From the NCBI GenBank assembly GCA_964252035.1, contig OZ176205.1: a stretch of DNA of 64,000 nt, one strand, 5' to 3'. Below the pieces are notes generated by a model. That model saw only the letters and a list, made by a program, of their open reading frames with translations. It made no database searches and was not told the origin of the DNA. Numbering within the stretch: the first letter of the stretch is position 1; each line of letters begins with the position of its first letter. The stretch comes from Podarcis erhardii. Taxonomy: Eukaryota. Of the stretch, positions 28,501-39,020 are shown one piece after another. The translations under genes were made by a program, and so were the position numbers.

Positions 28501-31500
28501 CCTGCCGTTGCTCTCTGGAAAATTCTGAGCTTTAATGGTTACAGCCAATTACTAGGAAGAACTGCTTGCACCTCCCTTTCAGTGTTCCAGACCCACAAGA
28601 ATTTGGAGTGTTATCACATGCAGTCTTTCCTATAAGGGGACGATGCCTCTTCCTTTACACCAAGAAAAACAGCCTTGCAACGGAATCCCATATATACCAA
28701 AAGTTCGGTATCTTCTTCCAGACCTTCATCATCATCTTCATCCAAGTCCTTCATGCACTCAGCGGCCATCTTTTCAATATGATCCATAGGCAGGGGAGCT
28801 GGAGAATTAATTAACAATTAAAAAAGAGATCCTAAGGGAGGAACCCTAAGGTTCAGACAAACAATTACTGTGACCCTAACATTGTGGCAGGTTTTTAAAA
28901 GACTTTTCTTCATCTTGGCCACTTTGTTGGTTTTAGCCATTAAAAGACACTAAGTAGTTATAACTAAACTATCACATTGTTTTCCTTCTTTATGTAGGGA
29001 TCATGAAACTGGTGACTGTGGGTATCAAGTTTGTGGACTTCATGTTGTTGTTGTTGTGTATTTTGTTTCAGGGTGCAAGGAGAGAAATTGCTTCCCCCCA
29101 CCCACAATTGCAGATACTTCCTTCTCCCATGGGGGGTTTTCTGAAGGGGTGGGTGGGTGAGTGAAACAGGGTCATTTGAGGAATGTTAACTGTTGTTATT
29201 ACACAACAGTAGAATGGTTGAATTTGAGTACATAATCAATATTGTATGATGTGGTGAGGAATGGCTGTTCTCTCTTAAATTTTCTGTTAAACTATGTGCA
29301 CTGTGGCAGGCAAGTTGTGACTGGCACCCAAAACACTCTTCCAAAATTCAAAAGGTGCCCACTGGTCCAAAAAGGTTGGCAACCCCTCTTCTCTACCAAT
29401 CCTAAGCTATTATAGGAAACAAAGTCTCAACAGTCAATTTAGGAAATAAACCTGGCCAACAAAAACACATCTTCAGCAAACCAGGCCTAAACCTCCCCCC
29501 AAAACCAAGAGTCTTTGAAAATGAAAGTACTGTAAACTTGGCATCAATCTTACTATCGGATGGGAGGGGAGGAGGAAGGGGGAGGGGGGTGTACATGCCT
29601 GACACGAGGCTCGCTTGTGTAGCACTAAAACCTGTGATCTCTGGTTTGTGCATAACATTAGGTCAGGGTGAAAGAGAAACCAAATGCTGTGAGAGAAGCA
29701 AAGCAGAGTGTGCAATGGACGTATTCTAGGATGTGCTAAACCATGGGTTAGTGTTCTGTATGAACCAGCCTATTGTGTAGCACAGTGATCTTTCAAAGTT
29801 TTCATCCAGAAGCACAAAGATACATGGCCACACAATGTTATTTTGACTTAGACCTAATCTTCCAAGCAGAATTCCAAGCAATACAGGATCTCTGTATTGC
29901 ATGCAACAATGTCAAAATGCAACTTGTGGAGGACTACATCCACGCTAACCTTGTGGTACCTTGCCTAAGGAATTTGTTTGTCTTTCTCAACTCCCATCTT
30001 CTGCCCTCATTATACCACCTGCAGGATAGGATGGCGGAGTGATTATACACAGGTGGTTGTTGTTGCTTTTTAAAAGCGATCATCATTTATGAAGCACTTT
30101 TGATGTGAAAAGTGCACTACGGGTTAGGCCTTTTTTGTCTCCACCAGAAGCCTGGGACACAGTGACTTTATGGTCCTTCTACAAATGGGGAATGCAGGAG
30201 AGCAAAAAACTAACAATACCTTTGGCTGAGCAGGGATAGAAAACCTGGTCCTCAACAATCTATTTTCTAGCCCAATGACTCTGCTGAATGATCACTATTA
30301 CATCATTTCAGTGTCAGTCCACTCCTCTTCTGTTATCTTTTAAACTCTCAGTCATGAGTCTTAAAGTTTGTATATACAGCTCATCCCCTCCCACTTTTGT
30401 ATCATCATCGCCTTCATCATGCTCAGCCATCTGCCCAATTTTCTTTCTCAACTGCTCTATTTGACTCCAATTGCTCACTTCACTGTTTGTTACTATAGCT
30501 TCCACACCAATTTCAGCCTGTCTCATTCTGCATCACTACAGAAGTATAAAATTAAAACAGCAAGGAAGGCAAGCAAGGAGATATAAAAGTCCAACATCAT
30601 ATGCTCTCCTGCATGCAAAACTTGAATTATTGTGTAACAATAAGTGGTCTTTGTTTTAAGGCTGGTTAGTCTTTACTCCCTTCTTAGCCTTTTTCACATG
30701 ATAAGGCTGGTTTACCTTTGTTTTTTAAAACTGAATTTGTTTGTACTCTTCTATGTTTGTTTGTATTATTCTATGCTTAAGCTTTACTTTTGTTTTACAC
30801 TTAGCTGTTACACGTCATCCAAAGAACTTGTATTACTAGAAACCCGGCAAAAGTAAGTAAATAAGTAAATAAATAAGAACATCTGACTGTACTGTCACAA
30901 TAACATGTAACAACATATGCATCGTAATTCTTCAGGTTACCAATTTCCACCGTGTCTGAACAAGAGTAGCTTTATTTTCTCATTCTGATTGGCTCCCTAC
31001 AGATCCAGGTACAAAAGTAGGCTGCAACCCCCCCCCCCCCGGAATGAAGAACTCAAAGGGGTTTACTTTTCAGCAGACAGGTATACCAAAGGTGGGAAAA
31101 TTAAGATCCAGGGGTCAAATACAGCCCTCAGGACTCTCCCCAGGCCACAACCTTTACTGACCCTCCTCAGGGGCTTTTGATTGGCTGGAATGCATCCTTG
31201 AACTGTGATAATGCCTCTTGTTTACCTGGAAGGGGGGGGGACTGGGGGCAGGGCAGGTAGAAACCTCTGTCTTTTGCATGGTTGAATGTACTCTATAAAG
31301 TTCAGAGTTACACCTGTTGCTCCATTCATTTTTGCCTCTGGTTCCACCCACCACCCTAGAAGACTGCCTATGAGGAAATGTAGCTCACAGGCTGCAAAAA
31401 GTTCCCCATCCCTGATATATAGGATTGTACGGTACTGCAAAAAAAAATAAAATAATAATCCATCTTGTGTATGGGCTCTTAATTATCAGTTGCCTCGCAA

Positions 31501-34500
31501 AGGCAAAAAGTACAAATGCAACCTCTAATCACCTTAAACAATTCCAAGTTTCCAGTGCACATGCTTACTTTTTCCTTTGGGTTTTGTTTTCCCAGCAGGC
31601 AAGTTCTCTCCAGTGATAGCAGCTAGTTCTGCTTCTAGGTCCCCGTCATCCTCCAGGTCTAGCATCATCTCTTCAGGATTGAACTCTACAAAAAGTCCCA
31701 GCTGATGCCAAAAGAGAAACCAGCTCAGTGAGGAGGCTTAAGACAACTGCCATATAATCTCCATGTTACTTACAATGGTCATTCATCAGAAAGACCAGCA
31801 CAGGTGCTGTTTGCTCTGAACCAAGGCTTTGTTAACTTCTCTGCCCTGGCCTCAGCCCTAGATTATAAAAATGAAGATCACCTGCCTAGAGATTTGTTAA
31901 GATTTCCAGATCACATGAGCTCTACACTGATGTTGTCATGCTGACAAACTGAAGCTACCAAATTCTAGTTTGAAGAAAAAGCTTAAGTTATGTGCCAAGA
32001 TTACGTTTACAATATTATGCAAAATTAGGTAAACTTTATGTTTCCCCCCAAAAATATATATGCATTTTAAACCTTGATGTGTTCTTTACAACCAGCCAAA
32101 ATTCAGAAAGGATATAAACAATTGAATTACAGTACAAACATAAACACAACTGACATTACTGGAGTTAAAACATAGAATTGATATTACAGCCAAAACATAG
32201 ATGTAAACAAACAAACAAGATTATACACAGATTTTAATAAGAAGCTTTGAAAATAAATATATGTAAACCTTTGTATTCTTTATCCATTACATTTATTACA
32301 CTGTAATTTTGTTCTGAGCAGCTCAGGGTGGTGTACATAATTTCACTTTCAACATTTAGCCTCACAAAAACCCTGGGAATCAGGTTAGGCTGAGATATAG
32401 TGATTGGCCCAGAAAGCTTCATGGCTGAGGGGTAGTTTGAATCTTGTCCAACACTCTAATTAGAACTGGTTCTCAGTTGGAATGCTTTTTTCTTGGTAGA
32501 ATTGGATTTTTGGTTGTTGTTAAATATGAATCTGTTCGGAAAAGAACAGTGTACCAATAAGGAAAGTCATACGTGTTAGGAAATTGCATTTTTTGGTCGT
32601 GGGAGAAGGGAGGAGTATTTATTTATTTACTGGACAAAATGAATATACCACTTGATTGCACGAAAAGCTCTAAGCAGTTTACAAAAACATAAAACATTAA
32701 AATTCTCACACACAAAAATGTATGTTTTAAAATCTGAGAGCTGATGGGTTAAAACCCATAGCAGCTAAAAACTGATAAAACACATATAACTTCTACATGT
32801 GCAGACAGGCATCTCTGAACAAAAATGTTAAAAGCAGGTGGTGAAAAGAATACAGGGAAGGCACTTGTGTGGTGTCGACAGCCAATAAGCTCCAAAGTGT
32901 AGGTGCTGACGCACTAAAATATCTATTTGTTTTGTGGCCCCTGTAACAGTGCCCGTTAATAATCCTAGCTCAGTGGCTTTCAGATCCCTGGGTTTGCTCT
33001 GAAGTTCATCAAGTGTTCCATGATGAGAAGATCAGTAATGTAACAAGCTCCTGTGAAAGACAGTTTGCCCACCACCATCTACCTTTGCTTGCAATAGTCA
33101 GGAATGGGGAATGTTGGATAGACTCTCAAACAGTAAGGCCCTGCTGATCTGGCAAGTTCTATGAGTGAATTGAGGGTGTGCTTTCCTTTATTCTACGACA
33201 GAACCCACAAAAACTGAAAAAACAAGATCTGTTTCCTTGATTTGATGCTGCTGTGTCATAGCGCTCCCATTTAACTTGTGAAAGCTAACGAAAACACATA
33301 CCACAGTGGTTAACAACCAAACAAAAAGTTGGTTGTTGCCTGTTTCCTACCTGTCAACATAAGGAGGAAGTTGCATTCATTATTATTCTTTTAAAAATCA
33401 TCTAGTACCAAGCCATCTTGCAAACAGATTCTCTGAAGGCTTGCTCTGACTTACTCTGGAAAACACAGAAGAGTATATCCCTATTTGGGTGCTGACCCAC
33501 ATCACATAAGGAGGGAGAAGAGGAAGACACTCACTGGCCTTGTCCAAATCATTACATCCTCACTTCCTGGCTTCACTGCTGTGCATGCACTGAAGTAGGT
33601 AAGTCTGTAGGGCCAGTATGGTGTAGTGGTTAAAGCACTGGACCAGGACCTGGGAGACCAGAGTTCAATTCCCTGCTCAGCCATGAAGCTCAATGGGTGA
33701 ATGTGGGCCTGTTGCAGTATCTCAGCATAACCTACCTCACAGGGTTGTTGTGCAGATAACATGGGAAGCAAGAGAAGGATGTATACCACCTTGAGCTCCT
33801 TGGAGAAAATGTGGGATATAAAAATATAACAATAAAAATAAATCCTGAAGCAGGTAGCCTGCCCTATTCATACCAGCTCCCAATGCAATTTCCAGTCATG
33901 ACAGTGCACAGTTCTAAATCGTTGGTTTGCTGGTTTGCTTTTGGCACTTCTACCCTGCAGCACTGCTTCCCTCTTGTTTTCTAATCAGTGTTTTGAAACC
34001 CTCTGACTCGTGAAGTGTTCAGATCTTGCAACTGGCTTGAAAATGTGACACTTTCATAAGGATCACATTCTAGAGAAACAAGACCTGTTCTCTCTTCCAT
34101 AAGGCTAGGCTGGCTAGCAAGTTTGGAAGGTTTTGCTTTCCTTCTGCAGCATGCAATGTCTCCTACTTGCACGGATGAGTTTGTTCAGCTAGCACTTTTC
34201 TAAACCATACGTGTTCTTTGATCATGGCACATAGTGTCCTGGGTGCATAAGCCAATCCGTGGGAAACTGGCAGATCCTGTTTCATAGAGGAGGTTGCCCT
34301 GGGCAGCATTGTGGCACCTCTCAGCTCTGATTCCATATGTATTTGCTTTTAAGTACTAACTACTTTTGCCCTATTCATTCATTATATGAACACTCGTACC
34401 TAAGTTACCTGTTAGGCCTGAGTGATATATCGCAGAGGAGCAAACTGTGATGTCAGCTTCACTCAGTGGTATATCGGTGGTGAAACTACCACCGGTCCTG

Positions 34501-35522
34501 AGTCCCTCTGCTACCAGCATCTGCTAGAGTTCCTTCCTCCAGTGGCGCTGCTAGCAGAGGGACTCAAGAGCAGTGGTGATTTCACCAGCGACATATCGCT
34601 GAGTGAAACTGCCACTGCACTCTGCGAGGCGCCGATACAGCTTGTTCCTCCCTCTGTATCTTTAAACTGCTTGACTGAGGAGTGTGCAGTTGCCCTAACC
34701 TCAGCTGAGCAGTTTAAGGAGCCCCCAGCCTGGTGCTGGCTCCCGTGAGCCGGTGGTGGTGGTGGGGCTCCGTGAAACCACTTAGCTGAGGGGAGTGCAG
34801 TTGCCGCTGATATCGCACAGCTCTATTACCTGTAACATGCAACAGCAACACTTATTTAGCTTGTGGAGGCAATCGCCTGGCACTACCAGCAAGACTTATG
34901 ACAACAGAGAAGGAAACCAAGTTTGTTCAGTAGGTGTCAAGCATTCCAACTTTCTGTTTGCTTCTCTCAAAGGGCTGCTGCTTGCTCCTTAAACTACCCT
35001 GCATCTTAATGTTTCCCCAGCATCCAAGAGCTGGCAGGAAATTCTGATGGGAACTTAAAAGGCTAATCAGACAATGACTCATCAGGTCACAAGGCACAGA
35101 CTTCAAGGATAAAGCACCTAGCAGAGGTAGAGTTTTTCGTAAGAAGTATTGGCTGGACATCTGTCAGATCTGGTTTAATTCTAAGAAAGCCTACCATTGC
35201 AAAGTACAGGATAGATGAGATACTTGTATAATTCAAGTCTTTCTGGAGCAAAATCTGCACGTGAATTCCTGATGCAACTCAAATATGGGTAATCAAAGGC
35301 ACTGCTTTTCTATTCTTACAGATACAAAAGTACAATACACTCCAAAGAATCATTGAATCGTAGTAACATAACAACTTGTGCTAAGCAAATGGACTTAAAG
35401 TTTAAACTGTTCTAACAAGTGCATACAGAATTGGGAAAAGACATGTATATATATACCTGTTTTGCAGCAGCAGCTGCCTGACCTTTCACCTGGGGGCTTT
35501 TCTTGGGTCTTCTGCCAAGCAT
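3292..35522 (-). CDS. CC2D1B: CC2D1B (coiled-coil and C2 domain-containing protein 1B, Freud-2/Lgd1), full spliced CDS: 23 coding exons, 882 aa
   Basis: Exon chain listed individually below. All introns GT-AG with compatible phases; total 2649 nt. Four DM14 repeats, C2 domain, C-terminus VLDGRKPTGGKLEVKVRLREPLSGQDLQTITENWLVLEH*. Confidence 0.97.
3808..3943. mobile_element. hAT-type fold-back MITE, 136 bp
   Basis: Long TIRs (CAATGTTTCCCAACCTT ... AAGGTTGGGAAACACTG); perfect 8-bp TSD GCCTAGAC at 3800-3807 and 3944-3951. Confidence 0.9.
5171..5261 (-). CDS. CC2D1B: CC2D1B coding exon 22 (SFFRSDKQVGTAHLKLDKLEFECEIREIIE)
   Basis: 91 nt, phase 2 to 0. Confidence 0.96.
6678..7174. mobile_element. 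Tc2/pogo-like non-autonomous DNA transposon
   Basis: TIRs CCGTATTTTTC ... GAAAAATACGG, TA on both sides, GC-rich interior; sister copy at 49671-50052. Confidence 0.85.
8090..8189 (-). CDS. CC2D1B: CC2D1B coding exon 21 (EYDQQFKLNINRNHRGFRRAIQAKGIKFEIFHKG)
   Basis: 100 nt, phase 1 to 2, donor GTGAGT. Confidence 0.97.
9001..9052 (-). CDS. CC2D1B: CC2D1B coding exon 20 (EQAQKSKTSVIKNTNCP)
   Basis: 52 nt, phase 0 to 1, donor GTGGGT. Confidence 0.95.
9925..10146 (+). mobile_element. tRNA-derived squamate SINE (Squam3/MIR-like)
   Basis: Box A/B-like head, core GACCTTGGGCCAGTCAC...CAGCCTAACCTAC...GGGTTGTTGT, AT-rich tail. Confidence 0.8.
10592..10650 (-). CDS. CC2D1B: CC2D1B coding exon 19 (GVAPNDLDAFVKFEFHYPNT)
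   Basis: 59 nt, phase 1 to 0, donor GTGAGT. Confidence 0.96.
10925..10998 (-). CDS. CC2D1B: CC2D1B coding exon 18, start of C2 domain (IFSELSSTEMHLIIVRGINLPAPP)
   Basis: 74 nt, phase 2 to 1. Confidence 0.96.
11582..11698 (-). CDS. CC2D1B: CC2D1B coding exon 17 (FEKLAQICKKDLDILQLAQAQGLDPPSHHFEERTFKIVR)
   Basis: 117 nt, phase 2 to 2. Confidence 0.96.
12287..12345 (-). CDS. CC2D1B: CC2D1B coding exon 16 (KCLQYSKQFTHLGNVSETSR)
   Basis: 59 nt, phase 0 to 2, donor GTAGGT. Confidence 0.95.
12590..13339 (+). mobile_element. Probable solo LTR
   Basis: About 750 bp CpG-rich block; CCAAT, GC box and TTTAAG near 12688-12730; AATAAA at about 13242; ends in ...CACACAACA. 5' end and TSD not resolved. 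Confidence 0.65.
13404..13529 (-). CDS. CC2D1B: CC2D1B coding exon 15 (LPSPPTDDEGDFIIIHHEDLRLSQKAEEVYVQLIKLLRDQHE)
   Basis: 126 nt, phase 0 to 0. Confidence 0.96.
13715..13806 (+). repeat. SINE/LINE 3' tail with (AAT)n microsatellite
   Basis: GAGTGACTGGGGAAACTCAGCCAGATGGGTAGGGTATAAAT followed by about 14 AAT units. Confidence 0.75.
14298..14470 (-). CDS. CC2D1B: CC2D1B coding exon 14, DM14 repeat 4 (LEHLEFLESRRKQYLKAAVQAKKRNDLEQAK...ISK)
   Basis: 173 nt, phase 1 to 0. Confidence 0.96.
14512..14551. repeat. (TG)n microsatellite
   Basis: About 20 TG units. Confidence 0.95.
14575..14893 (-). mobile_element. Tigger1-like internally deleted pogo element
   Basis: GGAGATATTGCAGGCTCGGTTCCAGACCACTGCAATAAAG...AGTCTATTAAG and GAAGCGCAATAAAACAAAGCGTGCCTG match the two ends of Tigger1 as I recall the consensus. 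Confidence 0.75.
14915..15180 (-). mobile_element. L2-like LINE 3' fragment
   Basis: (TTTA)-type tail and AACAAAAATGTTTTTAGCAGGCG motif shared with 32605-32870. Confidence 0.5.
16372..16567 (-). CDS. CC2D1B: CC2D1B coding exon 13 (GEPSIQAPASKKPTQ...SPV)
   Basis: 196 nt, phase 0 to 1, donor GTAAGG. Confidence 0.9.
17217..17341 (-). CDS. CC2D1B: CC2D1B coding exon 12 (GFPPIPGLAPADDNTVAAVLENANRL...DE)
   Basis: 125 nt, phase 1 to 0. Confidence 0.94.
17991..18063 (-). CDS. CC2D1B: CC2D1B coding exon 11 (QYQDAIRAHKAGRKVNFGELPVPP)
   Basis: 73 nt, phase 0 to 1, donor GTAAGT. Confidence 0.96.
18520..18900 (-). mobile_element. L2-like LINE 3' fragment
   Basis: GCCTGGTTATAGAGAAATGTTTT...AAGATATGTAATGAAGGCGCCAGG...CACCACAGAAAAGGCCC shared with 22590-22900. 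Confidence 0.65.
19013..19143 (-). CDS. CC2D1B: CC2D1B coding exon 10, DM14 repeat 3 (TVMEALQQRLEKYKAAAAQAKANGDDRKSRMHERIAK)
   Basis: 131 nt, phase 1 to 0. Confidence 0.95.
19517..19660. repeat. Compound microsatellite (TG)n-(TC)n-(CA)n ... (TA)n
   Basis: Read directly from the sequence. Confidence 0.95.
19800..20220 (-). mobile_element. Decayed L1 ORF2 C-terminal fragment
   Basis: Minus-strand translation AAYEIVVQNWRN*EIPRLDDWLLKIWHITLVVKL resembles the C-terminus of squamate L1 ORF2. Confidence 0.6.
20314..20409 (-). CDS. CC2D1B: CC2D1B coding exon 9 (DLESPEMIQLPSKQAPSVAVETSLPVTAPDSQ)
   Basis: 96 nt, phase 1 to 1, TTTTCAG acceptor and GTAATA donor; poorly conserved linker. Confidence 0.85.
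22132..22207 (-). CDS. CC2D1B: CC2D1B coding exon 8 (KFSLVLEALDSGQPVDLRDMPPAPQ)
   Basis: 76 nt, phase 0 to 1, donor GTAAGA. Confidence 0.95.
22302..22534. mobile_element. pogo/Tigger-type MITE, family A
   Basis: TIRs CAGTGGTAACTCGGGTTAC ... GTAACCCGAGGTACCACTG followed by TA. Confidence 0.9.
22590..22900 (-). mobile_element. L2-like LINE 3' fragment with (ACT)n(ATT)n tail
   Basis: Homologous to 18520-18900. Confidence 0.65.
23632..23756 (-). CDS. CC2D1B: CC2D1B coding exon 7, DM14 repeat 2 (RALLVTREKEYKLAALKAKQKGDLEKAKEYMRTGK)
   Basis: 125 nt, phase 1 to 0, donor GTGAGG. Confidence 0.95.
23962..24268 (-). CDS. CC2D1B: CC2D1B coding exon 6 (ALETMLTAVKKGKKVNEEEMPPPVASGK...)
   Basis: 307 nt, phase 0 to 1, donor GTAAGT. 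Confidence 0.92.
25600..25731 (-). CDS. CC2D1B: CC2D1B coding exon 5, DM14 repeat 1 (LQQTIEERIVNYKAAILNAKEAGESSKVRRYERGLK)
   Basis: 132 nt, phase 0 to 0; acceptor is GAG after a strong pyrimidine tract, so the 5' boundary is less certain. Confidence 0.88.
26890..27006 (-). CDS. CC2D1B: CC2D1B coding exon 4 (AELQEVLGEEDGG...PTQ)
   Basis: 117 nt, phase 0 to 0, donor GTAAAT. Confidence 0.92.
28698..28798 (-). CDS. CC2D1B: CC2D1B coding exon 3 (PLPMDHIEKMAAECMKDLDEDDDEGLEEDTELL)
   Basis: 101 nt, phase 1 to 0. Confidence 0.95.
31569..31701 (-). CDS. CC2D1B: CC2D1B coding exon 2 (LGLFVEFNPEEMMLDLEDDGDLEAELAAITGE...)
   Basis: 133 nt, phase 0 to 1, donor GTAAGC. Confidence 0.95.
33611..33843 (+). 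mobile_element. tRNA-derived SINE, same family as 9925-10146
   Basis: Head TGGTGTAGTGGTTAAAG and GAGTTCAATTCCC; core ACCTACCTCACAGGGTTGTTGT; A-rich tail. Confidence 0.8.
34420..34720. repeat. Palindromic MITE-like element with two hairpins
   Basis: Inverted arms at 34457-34518 and 34547-34608; second hairpin at about 34662-34718. Confidence 0.7.
35457..35522 (-). CDS. CC2D1B: CC2D1B coding exon 1 (MLGRRPKKSPQVKGQAAAAAKQ)
   Basis: ATG at 35522; donor CAG|GTATAT; resembles human MPGPRPRKGPQARGQGVAAAKQ; candidate acceptor CTGTAG before 35558. Confidence 0.92.
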
Positions 35523-36017
35523 CTTGGCTTATGGTTTTGCTGAGTCCACAAAAGTTACCTACAGACAATAATACCCAAACATAACAGACAAGAACAGCAT
35601 TCTCAATTAGAACATGGAAACTACCTTGACTGGAAACAAGGCCAAAAAGATACAAGCTTTGTATTAAGCTAACTTGCCACTGTGGATTTCTACATGTCGA
35701 TTATATTTTACAAAATGTATGAAAAAAAACTTTAATTAAAAAAAATGATACCAGCTTGTTGCCGTCATCTGCTAGCTATTATTCTAGCAGGCAGTTTGTC
35801 ATTCTCTCCCACCCACCAATATATGAGTGGAAAAGCTGGTCACTTTGGCTTCTAGAAGATCTTTATTGCCTGAGCTTCCCTACCCCAAAATAGATGGAAA
35901 CAAGTCACTGCTGCCATTTAGATTATGGCCACCCAACAGTTAATAAAATAAAATAATGAAGGGCATCCTTAATCTCAACATTGTCTACAAACCATATCCA
36001 CTGAGCAGGAAGTCCTA

Positions 36018-36228
36018 CAGTGATACCTTGCTTTATGAACTTAATCTGTTCCAGAAGTCCGTTCTTAAACCGAAACCGTTCTTAAACTGAGGCCCACTTT
36101 CCCTAATGAGGCCTCCCGCCGCCGGTGCCCTTCCGTTCTTAGACGGAGGTAAAGTTCGGAAACCGGGACACTACTTCCAGTTTTGCGGAGTTTGTAAACC
36201 GAATCATTCTTAAACTGAGGTACCACTG
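36018..36228. mobile_element. pogo/Tigger-type MITE, family A-related
   Basis: TA|CAGTGATACCTTG ... TGAGGTACCACTG|TA. Confidence 0.85.
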
Positions 36229-36874
36229 TATTCCCAGATTTTTTGGGGGGTGGCAAGGACAGAAGTGGGGTTATAGCTCAATAGTAGCAGAGCACATTTT
36301 TTTGCATACATTTAGTACTGAGGTTCAATAATTCACTAATTCAAACCAGTAACATTTTTCTTCAAAATAAGAAATTTCCTCCCCAATGAGGGGATTAGTA
36401 AAAAGGAAGTTGAGAAGCAAAGTGAAGAGGGTCAAATCTCTTTAGAATGCTTTAGGTTGTTCAAAACCACCCCAACAGAAGCTCATTCAAAATGTATACC
36501 TCAAGGAAGTTGCCAAGAGGATGCTGAGGTGTGCAGAGTCAAGGAAGCCATCAAAGCAAGAAGGCTTCCTTTAGAAAATGGAACTCTTGTCCAAGAGAAG
36601 AACAAAAAGAAACACACACCTTGGAAAAAGAAATTCAAGTGGAAAGCAATGCATGCAAAAAGGAATGAAAGGAGCACATTGCTAAAAACAAAGACTAACT
36701 ACGAGAAAAACATTGAAATGCATTAGTAGCAGGAGACTGGTTTATTATTATTATTAATAATATCCTGCATTCCCCCCTCCGCCCAGGACACAACTCAAGG
36801 CAGCTAAGGAAACAGCTTGACCTTTGTATGACAAAGGAGTCAAAGGTGTACTAAAGGAGGAAAATGAACAGTTC

Positions 36875-37925
36875 TCCTAGAAAGTGGAGCCCCCCCAAGG
36901 ATCAGTATTGGATTCTGTGCTTTTTAACTTCTTCAGAGGAAGGTATGAACAGTGAGGTAGTCACGTTTGCTGATGATACCAAATTGTTCAAGACTGTTAA
37001 AATTAGAAAGGATTGCAAGGAGCTCCAAAAGGATTTCTCCACACTGAGTATGTAGGCAGTAGAGTGGCAAATGCAAATCAATGTAAGTAACTGTAAAGTG
37101 AAGCACATTGGGACAAGAGAATCCTAATTTTACATATTTGTTAATGGAGTCTGAACTGGTGGTGACTGACCAGGAATGAGAGCCTGGGGTCATAGTGGGT
37201 AGCTCAACCCAGTGTGCAATATCTGTGAAAAATGTGAACTCCATGTTAGGGATCAATAGGAAAGGAAAATAAAAGTATGCCATTATACAAATCTATGGTG
37301 ACACACACTTGGAATACTAAGTATAGTTCTAGTCACCTCATCTCAAAAACAGATATTGTAGAGCTGGAACAGATTCAGAAAAAGATAGCCAAAATTATCA
37401 AGAGGCTGGAGGAAGAAAGGTTACAACATTTAGGACATATTAGTTTAGAAAAAAAGGATTGTAAACTAGGATGTGATAGAGGTGCTTAAGTTTATGAATG
37501 TTGTGGAGAAAGGGGATAGGGAAGTGTCGTCGTCCCCAATAAATAATATTAGAACCCTAGGGACATCCAATGAAGTTGCATGTTGGAAGATTAAGCACAG
37601 ACCAAAATAAGCACTTCTTCACATAACACAGTTAAAACTATAGAATTCACTCCCACAAGATGTAGTGATGGCCACAAACTTTGATGGCTTTGAAAGAGAA
37701 TTAGGCAAATTCATGAATATGAGTGGCTACCAGCCACAATGGCTATGCTCTACCTCTGCTGTTGGAAGAAGTACGGTATATCCCTGAATACCAGTTGCTA
37801 GGAATCTCAAGGAGGGAGAGTGCTGTTACACTGAGACCCTGCTTGCAAACTTCCCAAGACATGTGGCTGGCCACTGCGAGAACAGGATGCTGGACTAGAT
37901 GGGTCTTTGGTCTGATCCAACAGGG
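36875..37925 (+). mobile_element. 5'-truncated, decayed CR1 LINE (RT C-terminus and 3'UTR)
   Basis: NSEVVTFADDTKLFKTVK is the CR1 RT FADD motif; frameshifts and stops; tail GGACTAGATGGG...CTGATCCAACAGGG. Confidence 0.9.
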
Positions 37926-38689
37926 ATCCCTATCCCAACATCTGCACTTAAGGAATCTCAGTGACGTGACCCAGCGCAAAGATCGACTCAGATGTGTAGG
38001 TGTGCCTTGATATTTACACTTAGAGATAGAGCAGATCCTCCTACAAAACTCCTGAGGCATGCCCTTTATTCCTAATTTCACATGCCTCACATGAGCTCTT
38101 GCATTCAAAACCAGTTCCAAGACTAATCTTGGCTCAAATTAAACTCTGCAGCTCAAGCAAAGGCGAGGGCCAGCGATATCCTCCTGCAAAGTTACTATTC
38201 CTTTGAGGCACCAATTGGGCTCAGCTGTGTTGACATGCCCCCTTCCCCGCTCCAGGACCATTAACTCCAAAGGACACCTTAATTGCCAGCGACTACATAA
38301 ATGGCTTGCGTGTATGAAATGACCACCACAGATGCCCCCCGCCGCTACAACCAGCTGACAGCAAATGCAGGACGCTTCCACAAAGGCTGCTCAGGCGTTC
38401 AGTTACGAGTCGAATGGCGTGCCTGCATGTGTGAATGGACACCGCGCTGAGTCAAACAGAAAACTAGGCTCTTCAGCTCGCCAGTGATCACAAGACGCAC
38501 ACACACAAAAAAAAAAAAACACACACACACACACAACACATACACACACCCCTGTTTTCTAAGGGCTCAATCGCGCCAGAGAAGGCTAGGAAGAGGGAGG
38601 AGCTGGGTTATGCTCTGAGGCTCAGGTAGCAACAACCCTTTTCCACCGAGGAGGAGGAGGAGGAGGAGGAACCACGGCAGCTGCCTCCC

Positions 38690-39020
38690 TACTCAGCCCT
38701 ATCGCGGTGGGGACAGGGCTGCCCTACTATCCCTCCGGCCGAGACGGGCGGCGCCCGAAGGCACGAGCTCACCTCCTGCCGCAGCCGACGGGCTCCAGCG
38801 CAGCAGACAGGAAGCCGCGGACCCAGAGAGGAGAGAACTTTCCCCGCCTACTCCGACTCTGCTAGGGGCTGCACCAAGAGGCCCAGCAACGCGCAGGCGC
38901 GGAGGTTTATTTATTTATAAAAAGGGAGATGCTAAAAGGGGTGGAGCTATGAGGCGGAAGGAGAGCCAGAGCGCGCGCGCGGGATGCTGATGGCCGAGAG
39001 CCCAAGCGAACACGCTGCAA
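38690..39020 (-). promoter_or_regulatory. CpG-island promoter of CC2D1B
   Basis: CpG-dense; NRF1-like GCGCAGGCGC at 38891-38900; ETS-like GGCGGAAG near 38952; possible TATAAA (minus) at 38914-38919. Confidence 0.75.
38773..38890 (-). other. CC2D1B: Probable non-coding first exon of CC2D1B
   Basis: GC/CpG-rich, ends in strong donor GAG|GTGAGC (38767-38772); TSS position estimated. Confidence 0.65.

Noticed and set aside
36864-37055. Functional reverse transcriptase
   Set aside because: 5'-truncated CR1 with frameshifts and stops.
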